The notes under the pieces are model-generated. The model was given only the letters and a program-made list of their open reading frames with translations. It ran no database searches and was not told the DNA's origin. From the NCBI GenBank assembly GCA_963733195.1, contig CAVTCR010000018.1, positions 1 through 64,000 on the forward strand: a stretch of DNA of 64,000 nt. The letters run 5' to 3'. This document shows, piece after piece, positions 22,077 through 32,700 of the stretch (the first letter of the stretch is position 1; every line of letters starts with the position of its first letter). Source of the DNA: an uncultured delta proteobacterium (GTDB lineage Bacteria; Desulfobacterota; Binatia; Bin18). The position numbers and the translations under genes were made by a program.

Positions 22077-24509
22077 ATGGCAGTAAACGGACAGTCAGAA
22101 AGAACCGCTAGTGCCGATGAAATGACCTACCTGGAACCTGTCTCTAACGAGAGATCTCTTCCTATCGATCATTCTCATACTTCCCAGCCGGTTCAGCCGC
22201 AAGGAGAGATGACCGCCGAGGCTGTGAACGCGCCGGCCGAAGTCAAGCCAACTGATCCGCAATCGGTTCCACCAGAATCGGTCAATAACACAACCCCTCC
22301 CAAAGCTGCCTCTTTTTCACCAGGTCTCCGAAACAACGGGAGGAAAGTAAAAATTGGCGAACTCCTCATTCAAGAAGGTGTAGTGACACCGGAACAAATC
22401 GAGCAAGCGCTAGTGGTGCAAAAGACTCGGCACCCAGCTCCACCGTTGGGCGAAATTTGTGTCGAACTCGGGTTCGTCTCACCAGCGACGCTCAATAAAA
22501 TTTTGAGCAAACATCATGAGCGTATCCCATTAGGGGAAATGCTCGTTCATCTCGGCATGGCGAATCAAGACCAGGTGAACGCAGCGCTAGAGATCCAAAG
22601 GGAAACCAAGAAGAAGCTTGGCACCATCATGGTTGAACAGGGTTACCTCACAACCAATGCCTTAGTAGGTGTACTTTACAAGCAATCGCAAATCGCCAAA
22701 CAACATCAGGAAAAACGTCAGGGCCTAGCGGCACTCCCACGCGTGAGTCCGCAAGAGATGTCGGCTGCAGTCGCTGCCGCTCGGGAACAACAGCAACCCC
22801 TCGGGACCGTACTCTTGGAACGCTTTCACCTCAACAAAGAAGAAGCTGGGCAAGCACTTAGCATGCATTACAAGTGTCCGTTCGCTGAGTTCAACGAAAC
22901 CGTTGTGATCTCGCCAAGCTTGCTACGCGGGATCAGTACAAAGTATCTGCGTACCCACTATTGGATTCCGTTGCGGGCAGGTGAACAGTGGGTGGAAATT
23001 CTTATCGACGATCCCCAATCTTTTTCTAAAGTCCAGGATATAAAACGCACGTTCCCCGGGAGAGAGATCCGGTATGTTGTTGGTTTTCGCGACGACATCT
23101 CAAAGTACATCGCGAAATACATCGCTACACGAAATAGCAGTCTCGTCACAAAGCAAGCGACTACGCCGTCCACGGATGCAACCTCGCAACTGACCCCTGA
23201 TTCGCATCTCGCTCCGCCGAGTTTCTGGGAAGGCAAGGGAGACCTCAAGCCTCGCGAAGAAGTTGTTGGAGCAGTCTTTGATGAGGCCACAGAAGAAAGC
23301 CTCGACGAAAACGATAGCACAGTCGTGCGCTTGGTGAATCAACTCGTCTCTGACGCAGCAAAGGCCGGGATTTCCGATATTCACATTGAACCCTACGGTC
23401 CAAAGAAAGAGATTATTGTCCGCTTTCGTATGGACGGAGTGTGCTACGAACACATGCGTATACCTGCGGAGTATGCTCGCCCACTGGTCTCCCGACTCAA
23501 AGTCCTTAGTCGTCTCGACATCGCTGAGCGCCGCAAACCGCAGGACGGCAAATTCAAGTTCCGGCTTTTAGACCGGGAGGTCGAGTTACGTATCGCTACC
23601 ATTCCCACATCCTCTGGAAATGAGGATGCGGTATTACGTATCCTCACCTCAAATGAACCATTGCCACTCAGCAAGCTCAATTTAACCCAACGCAATCAAC
23701 ATGAACTCAGTAAGGTGTTAGAGCAACCACACGGCATGATTCTCTGTGTCGGTCCCACAGGGTCGGGAAAAACGACAACCCTACATGCGTGTCTTGGTCA
23801 CATCAACGTTCCTGGACGAAAGATCTGGACCGCGGAAGACCCGGTAGAAATCACTCAATCAGGCCTGCGCCAAGTGCAAGTACATCCAAAAATCGGGCTG
23901 ACTTTTGCTACCGCCATGCGCTCATTCTTACGTGCCGACCCCGACGTCATTATGGTCGGCGAAATTCGTGATCAGGAAACCGCAGAAACGGCAGTGGAAG
24001 CGTCATTAACAGGTCACCTCGTACTCAGCACCCTGCACACCAATAGTGCACCAGAAACGATCACGCGCTTGCTCGATATGGGAATCGACCCATTTAGCTT
24101 TGCCGACGCGTTACAGGGGGTGATCGCTCAGCGCCTCGCACGAACTATCTGCTCAAACTGTAAAGAACGTTACCGTCCGAGCAAGGATGAATACGACGCT
24201 CTCGCGCTAAACTACGGCGAAGAAGCGTTTGACCAGTTAGGCATTCCCTTCGATGAACGATTTGTCTTGCATAAGGGGAAAGGATGCGAGACTTGTCGCG
24301 GCACTGGCTACAAGGGGCGGGTTGGCGTGCATGAATTTCTCCCCGTAACCGATGAAATCCGATCGCTGATTCACAACCACGGTCAAGTCATGGATATCCG
24401 TAAAGTTGCCCAGTCACAAGGAATGACACTGTTGATTCAAGACGGCATTCTGAAAGTGCTCCAGGGATTGACAGACTTTAGCCAAGTCAAAGCTGTGGCG
24501 ATGCGATAA
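22077..24509 (+). CDS. GspE/PilB family ATPase with N-terminal MshEN-like repeats
   Basis: SDIHIEP, GPTGSGKTT, EDPVE, LRADPDVIMVGEIRD, TGHLVLSTLHTN, CxxC...CxxC. Confidence 0.92.
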   Translation: MAVNGQSERTASADEMTYLEPVSNERSLPIDHSHTSQPVQPQGEMTAEAVNAPAEVKPTDPQSVPPESVNNTTPPKAASFSPGLRNNGRKVKIGELLIQEGVVTPEQIEQALVVQKTRHPAPPLGEICVELGFVSPATLNKILSKHHERIPLGEMLVHLGMANQDQVNAALEIQRETKKKLGTIMVEQGYLTTNALVGVLYKQSQIAKQHQEKRQGLAALPRVSPQEMSAAVAAAREQQQPLGTVLLERFHLNKEEAGQALSMHYKCPFAEFNETVVISPSLLRGISTKYLRTHYWIPLRAGEQWVEILIDDPQSFSKVQDIKRTFPGREIRYVVGFRDDISKYIAKYIATRNSSLVTKQATTPSTDATSQLTPDSHLAPPSFWEGKGDLKPREEVVGAVFDEATEESLDENDSTVVRLVNQLVSDAAKAGISDIHIEPYGPKKEIIVRFRMDGVCYEHMRIPAEYARPLVSRLKVLSRLDIAERRKPQDGKFKFRLLDREVELRIATIPTSSGNEDAVLRILTSNEPLPLSKLNLTQRNQHELSKVLEQPHGMILCVGPTGSGKTTTLHACLGHINVPGRKIWTAEDPVEITQSGLRQVQVHPKIGLTFATAMRSFLRADPDVIMVGEIRDQETAETAVEASLTGHLVLSTLHTNSAPETITRLLDMGIDPFSFADALQGVIAQRLARTICSNCKERYRPSKDEYDALALNYGEEAFDQLGIPFDERFVLHKGKGCETCRGTGYKGRVGVHEFLPVTDEIRSLIHNHGQVMDIRKVAQSQGMTLLIQDGILKVLQGLTDFSQVKAVAMR

Positions 24510-24510
24510 A

Positions 24511-24544
24511 AGAACAGGGGCGCAACATACTGCGCCCCTGTTCT
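24511..24544. terminator. hairpin between convergent genes (REP-like)
   Basis: AGAACAGGGGCGCA-ACATAC-TGCGCCCCTGTTCT. Confidence 0.7.
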
Positions 24545-24569
24545 CCCTCCTTTGGCAAACAGGACAGTC

Positions 24570-25637
24570 TCACTTCATCTTCCGCATAATCTCTTTCGAG
24601 AACGATTCGATCGTTCCGCGTGGGTCGCTTGTCGGCTGAATGGCTACTTGTCGGATGCCGGCCTTCTTCATGTTATTGATCGTCTCGATGATTTCATTTC
24701 GTGTCCCTGTCAGCGTAGTCGCACGGATCATCTTCTCAGTCACTAACGGTTCATGTTCTTTCTTAAATCCTTGCAAATAGTCGCTATACAGCTTCAGGTG
24801 ACGGGTCTCGATCGATTCCGCGGGCGCGCGATAGGCCGTCTTAAAGGCAACGATGTCATCGCGAAGATCTGCGGGCAGATCACGCGGGTCAGGGCACGAG
24901 AACGCATAAATATTGCTTGAGGAAGTGACAAACGCGCCAATGGCCTTACGCACTTTCGGCGTTTCCACCTTCTCTCCTTCTTTGGTCAGATGGAAGGCAG
25001 TCATACCCAGCACGTAGATTTTTTTTGGATCACGCCCGGCACGTTCGGCCCCTCGACGAATATGGCTCATGTTGAATTCGACCAGGCTTGGACTGACGGC
25101 ACCGAACAAGATCACCCCGTCGGCAATCTCTCCGGCGAGTTCAAGCGTTCTCGGACCACTCGCGGACACATAGATGGGAATTTTTTTCTTAATGTTGATC
25201 GCACCGCTGTTCGGATTCAGAAACTTGATCATCCGACGCCGCTCGCCCTCCTGATACTCCGTCGTTTTCCCCGCCAATAAGTCACGACAAACACGCACGT
25301 GATCTCGGAGAGCATCGAGCCGCGCAGCTGGCATGCCCAAGGTACGACGAGCAGTGTTCCCGGTGCCGATACCAAGAATTGCTCGTCCTGGCGCTATCGC
25401 GTTAATCGAAGCGATAGAACATGCAGTGAGTGGAGCAATACGTGAGGCCGGATTGGTCACCCCAGGACCAAGCATAATCTTCTTGGTGTGGGCAGCACAT
25501 AACGCTAACGCCGCATACACATCACTGGCTAACATTTGCGAGTCATATAACCAGGCGTGCGTGAACCCGCGCTTCTCCGCCAGTACCACGTCTGGGGTCA
25601 CGTTGACATCACCGAAAAACACGAAACCAAAATCCAT
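24570..25637 (-). CDS. LLM class (Mer-like) oxidoreductase
   Basis: AWLYDSQM, GPGVTNP, GRAILGIGTG, ASGPRTLELAGEIADG. Confidence 0.85.
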   Translation of the reverse strand: MDFGFVFFGDVNVTPDVVLAEKRGFTHAWLYDSQMLASDVYAALALCAAHTKKIMLGPGVTNPASRIAPLTACSIASINAIAPGRAILGIGTGNTARRTLGMPAARLDALRDHVRVCRDLLAGKTTEYQEGERRRMIKFLNPNSGAINIKKKIPIYVSASGPRTLELAGEIADGVILFGAVSPSLVEFNMSHIRRGAERAGRDPKKIYVLGMTAFHLTKEGEKVETPKVRKAIGAFVTSSSNIYAFSCPDPRDLPADLRDDIVAFKTAYRAPAESIETRHLKLYSDYLQGFKKEHEPLVTEKMIRATTLTGTRNEIIETINNMKKAGIRQVAIQPTSDPRGTIESFSKEIMRKMK

Positions 25638-25672
25638 ATCTTCTCCTTCAGTACGAGGCGTAGTACGGTCCC

Positions 25673-27046
25673 TCACAGGAGTGTTGCGAAACTCTTCATG
25701 TTCGTTTCTTGCTCAATAGCTTGAATTGCGATTTGCACTCGACTGACCTTGTCTTTTTCCCACACTGCCTCGGCAAGCCCATGATACTTCTCAATCAACT
25801 CTGCCCAAGATAATGGATTCTCTGGATCGCCTTTCGGATACCGCACGTGAGCAAACATCTCGCGCCCGTCTTTGAGTTTGGCTCGTGCCCAGGCAGGCCA
25901 TTCACGAGGATAATTTCTCTCTAATTCAGGATCACGTGTATAACCGACCTTCGCCATAACCTCCTGAATTAGGGGATCATTGAGCACGGGTTGTGAGAAC
26001 TCTTCAAGACCAGCCCGACGTTTGATCAAGGCAACCGCAATACCAAACGGCAAGCTAAATTGCGCATCAACAATTCCTGCCGGGTGACGCTTGCGTTCGG
26101 CTGGCTCGCATATCACAGGAATGCCAGTCTCTAGCATCCCGATCGTCACCCGTTCGATATCTCGGGGCTGTAGGCTGTGCTCCTTTACTAACTGCAAAGT
26201 GGCATCAATCGGCGCTTGGGTGTAGCGACAGCAGGAATGCGGTTTCACTGCGGTTTGCAGAATCTGAAAATCTACCCCCAAACCGTCGGAGACTTTGCCA
26301 GGGTCGGCATGTAACGAATAGGCTTTCAGAAAACCGTCTTTTCCCTCAACAATCGTTGCTGGACCAATAAATCCTTCGCGGGCTAACAACGCAGCGTGGA
26401 TGCCGCTAAAGGCTGCCCATCCAGGATGCAGTCTTTTGGTCCATGCACCATCCGTGAGAAACTCCATTGAGCCAGCGGCTTGGCTTCCGGCAATCCCGAG
26501 GGCAGAGACGAGTTGAACCTCATTCAGTCCGAGCAACTTCGCAGCAGCCACCGCCGAGCCAAACGTTCCACATGTCGCAGTGGGGTGAAATCCACGCGCG
26601 TAGTGCTCCTTTGGTCGCAGGGCCATAGCTAACCGTGCGGCGGCTTCGAAACCGGCCACTGAAGCAGCAATGAAATCTTTTCCGCTGGCGCCAACCTGCT
26701 CCGCTACCGCTAACGCCGTCGAGAACACTGACACGCCCAGGTGAATCGACCCGCCTTGATGAGTATCGTCTAGCTCAATGCTATGTGCCGAGGTGCCGTT
26801 CGCTAAGGCCGCATAGGCAAAGGTTGTTTTCTGGGCACTCCCAAGCACGGTTGCCGTTCCCGACCCCCCGAGATCAGCGGTCAGGCGATAGAGCGGTTGG
26901 CTGGAATCGCTCAGGGAACCTCGTACAGCGACACCAAGGTAGTCGAGAAAAAAGTATTTGGTACGGTCTATAACCTTTTCAGGAAGATTGTCATAACGCA
27001 GGTTGTGACAAAAAGAAGCGAGTTGGCGGGTTAAAGGGATTTCCAT
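25673..27046 (-). CDS. MmgE/PrpD family protein
   Basis: ELDDTH, GFHPT, AWTKRLH, KPHSCC, AQFSLP, PKGDPENP. Confidence 0.92.
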   Translation of the reverse strand: MEIPLTRQLASFCHNLRYDNLPEKVIDRTKYFFLDYLGVAVRGSLSDSSQPLYRLTADLGGSGTATVLGSAQKTTFAYAALANGTSAHSIELDDTHQGGSIHLGVSVFSTALAVAEQVGASGKDFIAASVAGFEAAARLAMALRPKEHYARGFHPTATCGTFGSAVAAAKLLGLNEVQLVSALGIAGSQAAGSMEFLTDGAWTKRLHPGWAAFSGIHAALLAREGFIGPATIVEGKDGFLKAYSLHADPGKVSDGLGVDFQILQTAVKPHSCCRYTQAPIDATLQLVKEHSLQPRDIERVTIGMLETGIPVICEPAERKRHPAGIVDAQFSLPFGIAVALIKRRAGLEEFSQPVLNDPLIQEVMAKVGYTRDPELERNYPREWPAWARAKLKDGREMFAHVRYPKGDPENPLSWAELIEKYHGLAEAVWEKDKVSRVQIAIQAIEQETNMKSFATLL

Positions 27047-27055
27047 AGCAGCACC

Positions 27056-27176
27056 GTCCAGAGTCTACGGTCCAGCGTCCAGGTGCAAGGCTGAAGACCC
27101 TGATACGCTGACTGATGATTACTGAGATGTGACAGCTATTCTCACACGACTGACTACTGATACTACTGACTACTGT
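27056..27176. repeat. heptamer tandem repeats
   Basis: CGTCCAG AGTCTAC GGTCCAG CGTCCAG; CGACTGA CTACTGA ..CTACTGA CTACTG. Confidence 0.6.
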
Positions 27177-27186
27177 CTTCACTTTT

Positions 27187-28200
27187 TTACAACTTCGGAA
27201 TCACCTTCTCACCAAATCGGCGAATGGCATCGAGTGTCTTCTGATGCGAAGGGCCGCCCGGCTGACGGAAACGGACAATCAGATAGTCCGGACGGATGGC
27301 TTCCTTCCACATTTGCAGTTGCTGCAGGCAATCTTCCGGTGAGCCAACAATCAAACGCTCCTTGGCACATTTGCTAAAGGATAGGTCTTCTGGACGTTTC
27401 ACGTCCTTCAAATGCTCATCCGGTACATAGGCTCCATACTGGAAGTAGAAACGGTGCGTGTACATCGTAGGATCACTTTCCGCTTCCGCTTCTTTCATGC
27501 TGTTGGCGACTACGGCATCACGCATCAAGCAAATATACGGCTTCCGTCCTGCCTTCTGACACGCAGCGCGGTAGCGATTCGCATAGTCTTTGATCACAGG
27601 AAGAGACTGGACAGGATCAGCAATCCAACCGTCAGCCATCTTGGCAGCACGACGCAAGCCAGGAGGTGTCCACGAGGCCATCCAGATCGGCGGGCCAGGT
27701 TTCTGGAACGGTGTTGGAGTAATCAACGTGTCCTTGTAATGGAAATGCTTCCCTTGGTAGGAAAAGCGCTTGCCGGTCCACGATTCACGCATGATTTCCA
27801 GCGCCTCTTCGGTGCGTGTGGCGCGCTCAGCAACGGGAATCTCAAACGCATCGAAGTCATGCGGTTGGTAGCCCACACCAACACTCAACACCAAGCGACC
27901 TTTGGTCGCTAAGTCGATCACAGCACAGTCTTCAGCGACATGCACGGGATGATGCAATGGCAGCAGCAGCACACAGGTGCCAACCTTAATGCGTTGTGTT
28001 TTCATGCCGACGAGCCCGGCAATTAACAGCGGGTTAGGAAGATAGCCGTCTTCTTGTTGGTGATGTTCGGTAATAAAGCAGCCATCCCACCCGTTCGCTT
28101 CAACCGCTTGCGCTTCGGCGACGATCTCATCAAGCACTCGCGTCATATTCGCGCCCGAGGGCGGATCTTGTGTACAAGGCAAGTAGCCAACGGGTAGCAT
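27187..28200 (-). CDS. LLM class flavin-dependent oxidoreductase
   Basis: TEHH..DGYLPNP, LPLHHPVHVAED, GRLVLSVGVGY, IVGSPEDC. Confidence 0.88.
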   Translation of the reverse strand: MLPVGYLPCTQDPPSGANMTRVLDEIVAEAQAVEANGWDGCFITEHHQQEDGYLPNPLLIAGLVGMKTQRIKVGTCVLLLPLHHPVHVAEDCAVIDLATKGRLVLSVGVGYQPHDFDAFEIPVAERATRTEEALEIMRESWTGKRFSYQGKHFHYKDTLITPTPFQKPGPPIWMASWTPPGLRRAAKMADGWIADPVQSLPVIKDYANRYRAACQKAGRKPYICLMRDAVVANSMKEAEAESDPTMYTHRFYFQYGAYVPDEHLKDVKRPEDLSFSKCAKERLIVGSPEDCLQQLQMWKEAIRPDYLIVRFRQPGGPSHQKTLDAIRRFGEKVIPKL

Positions 28201-28399
28201 AAGAAAATCTCCTTTCATAGAAACGCAAAGCCTGACCCTTAAAGCAAATACCGAAAAATTTGTCCATTGCTGACTCGCACGATCATGGGAGCGTGAAAAA
28301 ATCACTCATCGCTGAATTTCTCGCTGCTTCATGTGTTCGCTCCTTATTCCCACGAGTGCGTTGACAAGCTGTCCTCTCTGCGACAGGCTGAGGGACGAC

Positions 28400-29446
28400 A
28401 TGCTTTCGCTTGCTAAAATTCTCATCGTCGATGACGAGCCGTTCAACGTGGACTATCTGCAGCAAGAGCTGGAAGACCTCGGTTACACAACAATCAGTGC
28501 CACCAACGGACAGGAGGCCCTGGAGAAGGTAGCTGCCGAAGCCCCAGACCTGATCCTTCTTGATGTAATGATGCCGGTCATGGACGGGTTCACCGCCTGC
28601 CGTCTCCTAAAAGACAATGAAGCGACCCAGCTGATCCCGATTATCATTATGACAGCCCTACGGGAGACGGAAGATCGTATCAAAGGCATCAAGGCCGGGG
28701 CCGATGATTTTCTCAGTAAGCCAGTTGATCGACGCGAACTGATCGCGCGCATCCAGACTGCGATCAAAATGAAACAAGTTGTGGATCGAAGATTGAGCGG
28801 ACAGAAAACCGAGGACAGCGGACAGGCGGGAAGAGAAATACCAAACGAAGTCTTCCATTGCGAGGGCGAGTACTGGACCATCGCCTATCAGGGGACAGTC
28901 TGCCGCGTTAAGGATACTCTCGGGCTGCGTTACCTCGCCTCCCTACTCGGTTCCCCACATAGACAGATCCATGTCCTTGAGCTGGTAGCTTTGGGGGAAG
29001 GCCCAGCAGAACATGTCACTGCCGAGGGAAGAAACCCAACTATATTAGCGGAAGCAGGCCTGTACGTGTCCAGGCTTGGTGATGCCGGAGAGATTCTGGA
29101 TGCTCAAGCCAAAGCGGCGTACAAGCGGCGGTTGAAAGAATTACGGGAAGAACGGGAAGAAGCGCAGACAGACAACGACTTAGAGCACGTCACTAGGGTC
29201 CAGCAAGAAATCGACTTTCTAACTGAGGAGATTGTGAGCGGAATTGGGCTCGGCGGACGTGACCGCCGAGCCGCATCTACCGCGGAACGGGCGCGAGTGA
29301 ACGTGACGCGAGCCATTAAAGCCGCCCTGCAAAGGCTTTCTACCCATCACCCCGTGCTGAGCCTTCATCTGACCCGTACCATCAATACAGGGACGTTCTG
29401 TTCCTACACCCCTGATATTGACCTCCCCAGCCCTTGGAAGTTGTGA
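28400..29446 (+). CDS. response regulator: REC + C-terminal putative DNA-binding output domain
   Basis: ILIVDD, LLDVMMP, KP; C-terminus EGEYWTIAY..GLRYL..DAGEILD..AERARVNVTRAI resembles the tails of AAA-TPR regulators. Confidence 0.8.
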   Translation: MLSLAKILIVDDEPFNVDYLQQELEDLGYTTISATNGQEALEKVAAEAPDLILLDVMMPVMDGFTACRLLKDNEATQLIPIIIMTALRETEDRIKGIKAGADDFLSKPVDRRELIARIQTAIKMKQVVDRRLSGQKTEDSGQAGREIPNEVFHCEGEYWTIAYQGTVCRVKDTLGLRYLASLLGSPHRQIHVLELVALGEGPAEHVTAEGRNPTILAEAGLYVSRLGDAGEILDAQAKAAYKRRLKELREEREEAQTDNDLEHVTRVQQEIDFLTEEIVSGIGLGGRDRRAASTAERARVNVTRAIKAALQRLSTHHPVLSLHLTRTINTGTFCSYTPDIDLPSPWKL

Positions 29447-29453
29447 TTGTTAA

Positions 29454-29512
29454 GAAGGCTAAAGGCTCTAGGTTGTAGGGTCTTCCTTTTAGCCTTATGC
29501 CTACAGCCTTCT
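29454..29512. repeat. heptamer tandem-repeat palindrome (AGGCT/AGCCT core)
   Basis: GAAGGCT AAAGGCT CTAGGTT GTAGGGT ... TTAGCCT TATGCCT ACAGCCT. Confidence 0.75.
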
Positions 29513-29747
29513 GTGTTGGTTGTTCAGTCAGAATGAACAATTCGTTCCGTCTGTTGTTACGCCTATGTGGTGAGTAGTTACAAGGAGTAGCCAGACTGTG
29601 GAACGCGTCTAGTAACCTTTGGTGCTAGTTCTGAAGAACAACGTAAGATCAACGTGTTGCAAAGCCTGCATGCCTCACAGTAGAAGGGCACACACGAGGA
29701 AAATCACATACTTAGGAAATTAAACTAGCACCACTGGTTATAAGGTT

Positions 29748-32700
29748 ATGGAACGCGTCTATCACTTCATTGTGCACAGACCAAGGCTTGTTCTTTTGCT
29801 TATTGCCCTGCTCACTGGCTTCTTCGCCTTTCATGCGCAGCACATCCGGTTGGATGGTTCAGTCGAACGGCTGCTGCCGGGAAATGACCCGGACAATCCA
29901 TACTATCAATACTACGCGGAAGTCCGCGAGCTGTTCGGGAACGACGAAGTCGGCGTTATCGCCGTCGTCGCCGACAATATCTACGTCGCCGAGGTCTTGA
30001 ACAAGCTCCAACGTCTCACCAAAGAAATCGAAAAAGTCGATGGCGTCGCGAGTGTCCTGAGTCTCGCCAATGCGGTAGACCCGGTAGCCGATGTGACCGA
30101 GCCACCGTGGATCATGCCACAAATCCCAACCACTCCTGCGGCAGCCACGGCCCTACAAGAGAAGTTGGCTGACCGTCCGATTTACCTCAAAATCCTGGTG
30201 GCTCCTGACGGACGGGCGGCGGCCATCAATATCTTTTTTGCTGAGATGAGCAACGACGAGTTCATGCACCGCGGCATTGATGACACGATCCAGAAAATTG
30301 TCGAGCGGGAAAATACTACCGCCGTTCAAGAGCAACGGCCGGAACGATGGTACTACACCGGCTTGCCCCACTTTAAGGTCTACTCGACCAAGGTTATGCA
30401 ACGTGACTTATCACGGTTGGTGCCGCTGATGCTGCTGTTTATCGTGCTGGTGTTGTTCTTTTGTTTCCGCTCGCTCCGCGGGGTTTTGCTTCCGACCCTG
30501 ACAGTGATTGTCAGTCTGATCTGGACCCTGGGCATTATGGTGCTCAGTGGCGGAGCTCTCAGCCTAGGCAGTATGGCCCTGCCACCGCTGGTGTTGGTAG
30601 TCGGTGTCGCCTATTCGCTCCACGTAGTCGCCGAATATTACGAGCTCGCGCGCCCTAACCGTTCGCCCAAGGAAGTAGTGCTGGAGACTGTACGGAGGAT
30701 CAACACGCCAGCCCTGATGGCCGCCCTCACAGCCGTGCTAGGGTTTTTCGTGCAAGCGCTGAATCCGATTGTCAGTATTCGCGAAATGGGCATCTACTCA
30801 TCGCTCGGTATCACTTTGGCATTCGTATTCTCGCTGACTTTAGTGCCGGCGCTCCTCGCGATGCTGCGCCTGCCAAACCGACGCGTAGACACCTTCGCCC
30901 CGGGGCTCAGCGCTAGGCTGCGACGGTTAACGAGCACGGTCATGCAGCGCCGGAGCCTCATCATCACCGCGTGTGCTATTGTGGCACTCCTCGCGTTCAG
31001 CCAGATTCCCTCGATCCGAGTCGATTCCGATTTTCAATCATTCTTCCGTCCGTCAGACTCCATTCGTCAGGCCACGGACGTGGTCAGTCATACCCTTGCG
31101 GGCAGCATGGCGTTTAATGTAGTAATCGACGGAACAACCCGCGACATAATGAAGCAATGGGAGACCCTACGACGCATACGTACCCTGCAAGAGGCAATCG
31201 ACGCGTTGCCGGGAGTCGACAAGACGGTGTCGTTCGTCGATTACTGCTTACTCATCGACCGTGGCGTTCAAGAAGGGGGCGGTGGCCTCGAAGTCTCCCC
31301 CGAAGGAGAGTTGGTCGAGCCTACAGTTCAAGCATCTGGAAAGAAGACAACCTTTCTCGAAAATCCCGAGCAACTAAAAGCGGTTATGCAATTGTTTGCA
31401 GGGCGACCGAAAAGCCTCGCCTTGGTGGTGAACCCCGAGTTCTCGCGCACCAACATCCTCGTACGCACTTCGCTGTCGGGCTCGAATGACATTGCTGCGA
31501 CGGTGGACAAAATCAACACCCTGGCCGCCGAGATTCTTCCCCCCGAACTCAAAGCGCACCCGACCGGGAGCATTATTCTGCTGACAAAAACCATTGGGGA
31601 CATTGTCAGCATTCAGGCGCAAAGCTTGACGCTCACCGCGGTAGTCATCTTCGTCCTGATGGCGGCCATGTTTCTTTCTGTTCGCGTAGGGGCCATCGCT
31701 ATGATCCCCTACCTCTTCACACTCCTGGCTTTCTTCGGCCTCATAGGAGCTTCAGGAGTCGTTTTCAATCTTGGCACTAACACCATCGCATTGGTCATCC
31801 TGGGGATCACCGTAGATAGTACTATCCACCTCATGACGCGGCTGAGCTTTGAACTGCGAACCGGCGCCGATCAGGAACCAGCCCTGCTACAGACACTTGC
31901 TACGGTGGGCAAATCCAACCTCTACGTTTCCTCAAGCTTCTTCCTGGGCTTTCTTGTCTACGGCTTTTCCACTTTCGTTCCTATGCAACAGTTTGGTCTT
32001 CTCTCTGCGACTGCCATGATTGTAACGCTGGCAGCGAATGTCGTGTTGTTGCCGGCGCTGCTCGCCTCCCGTCGCATCCTCACTGTGTGGGACCTCTTGT
32101 ATACGGTGACGCAGCTCACGCAGAAACTCGAACAGCGCGTAGCGGAACGCACCCAAGAGCTGCAAAAGGTGAATCGGCAACTGGAGGTGGCCTCCCGCCA
32201 TAAATCGGAGTTCTTGGCCCGCATGTCCCACGAACTGCGCACGCCCATGAACGCCATCATCGGCTTCACCCGCCTGGTCATGCGACGCTCTCAGAACATT
32301 CTGCCTAAGCATGAGCACGAGAACCTGGGGAAGGTCTTGATCAGTGCCGAGCACCTCCTGACGTTGATCAACGATATTCTCGACCTCTCCAAAGTCGAGG
32401 CGGGGCGGATGGAGGTCCATGCGGTTCGCTTCGAGTTGGAGCCGTTGATCAATCTGTGTCTCCACACGGTCGAGCCACTCATCAAGAACGAACGTCTCCG
32501 ACTGGTGAAAAAGCTGGAGGGCGGCATGCCCGAGCTTTTTACAGATCAGGACAAGCTGAAGCAGATCCTCATGAACCTCTTGAGCAATGCCCTCAAGTTC
32601 ACCGAAGCGGGGACGATTACGGTCACCGCCCAGCGTCAAGATAGACACGTCGTAATTTCCGTCGCGGACACCGGCATTGGCATCCCCGCGGATCAGTTAG

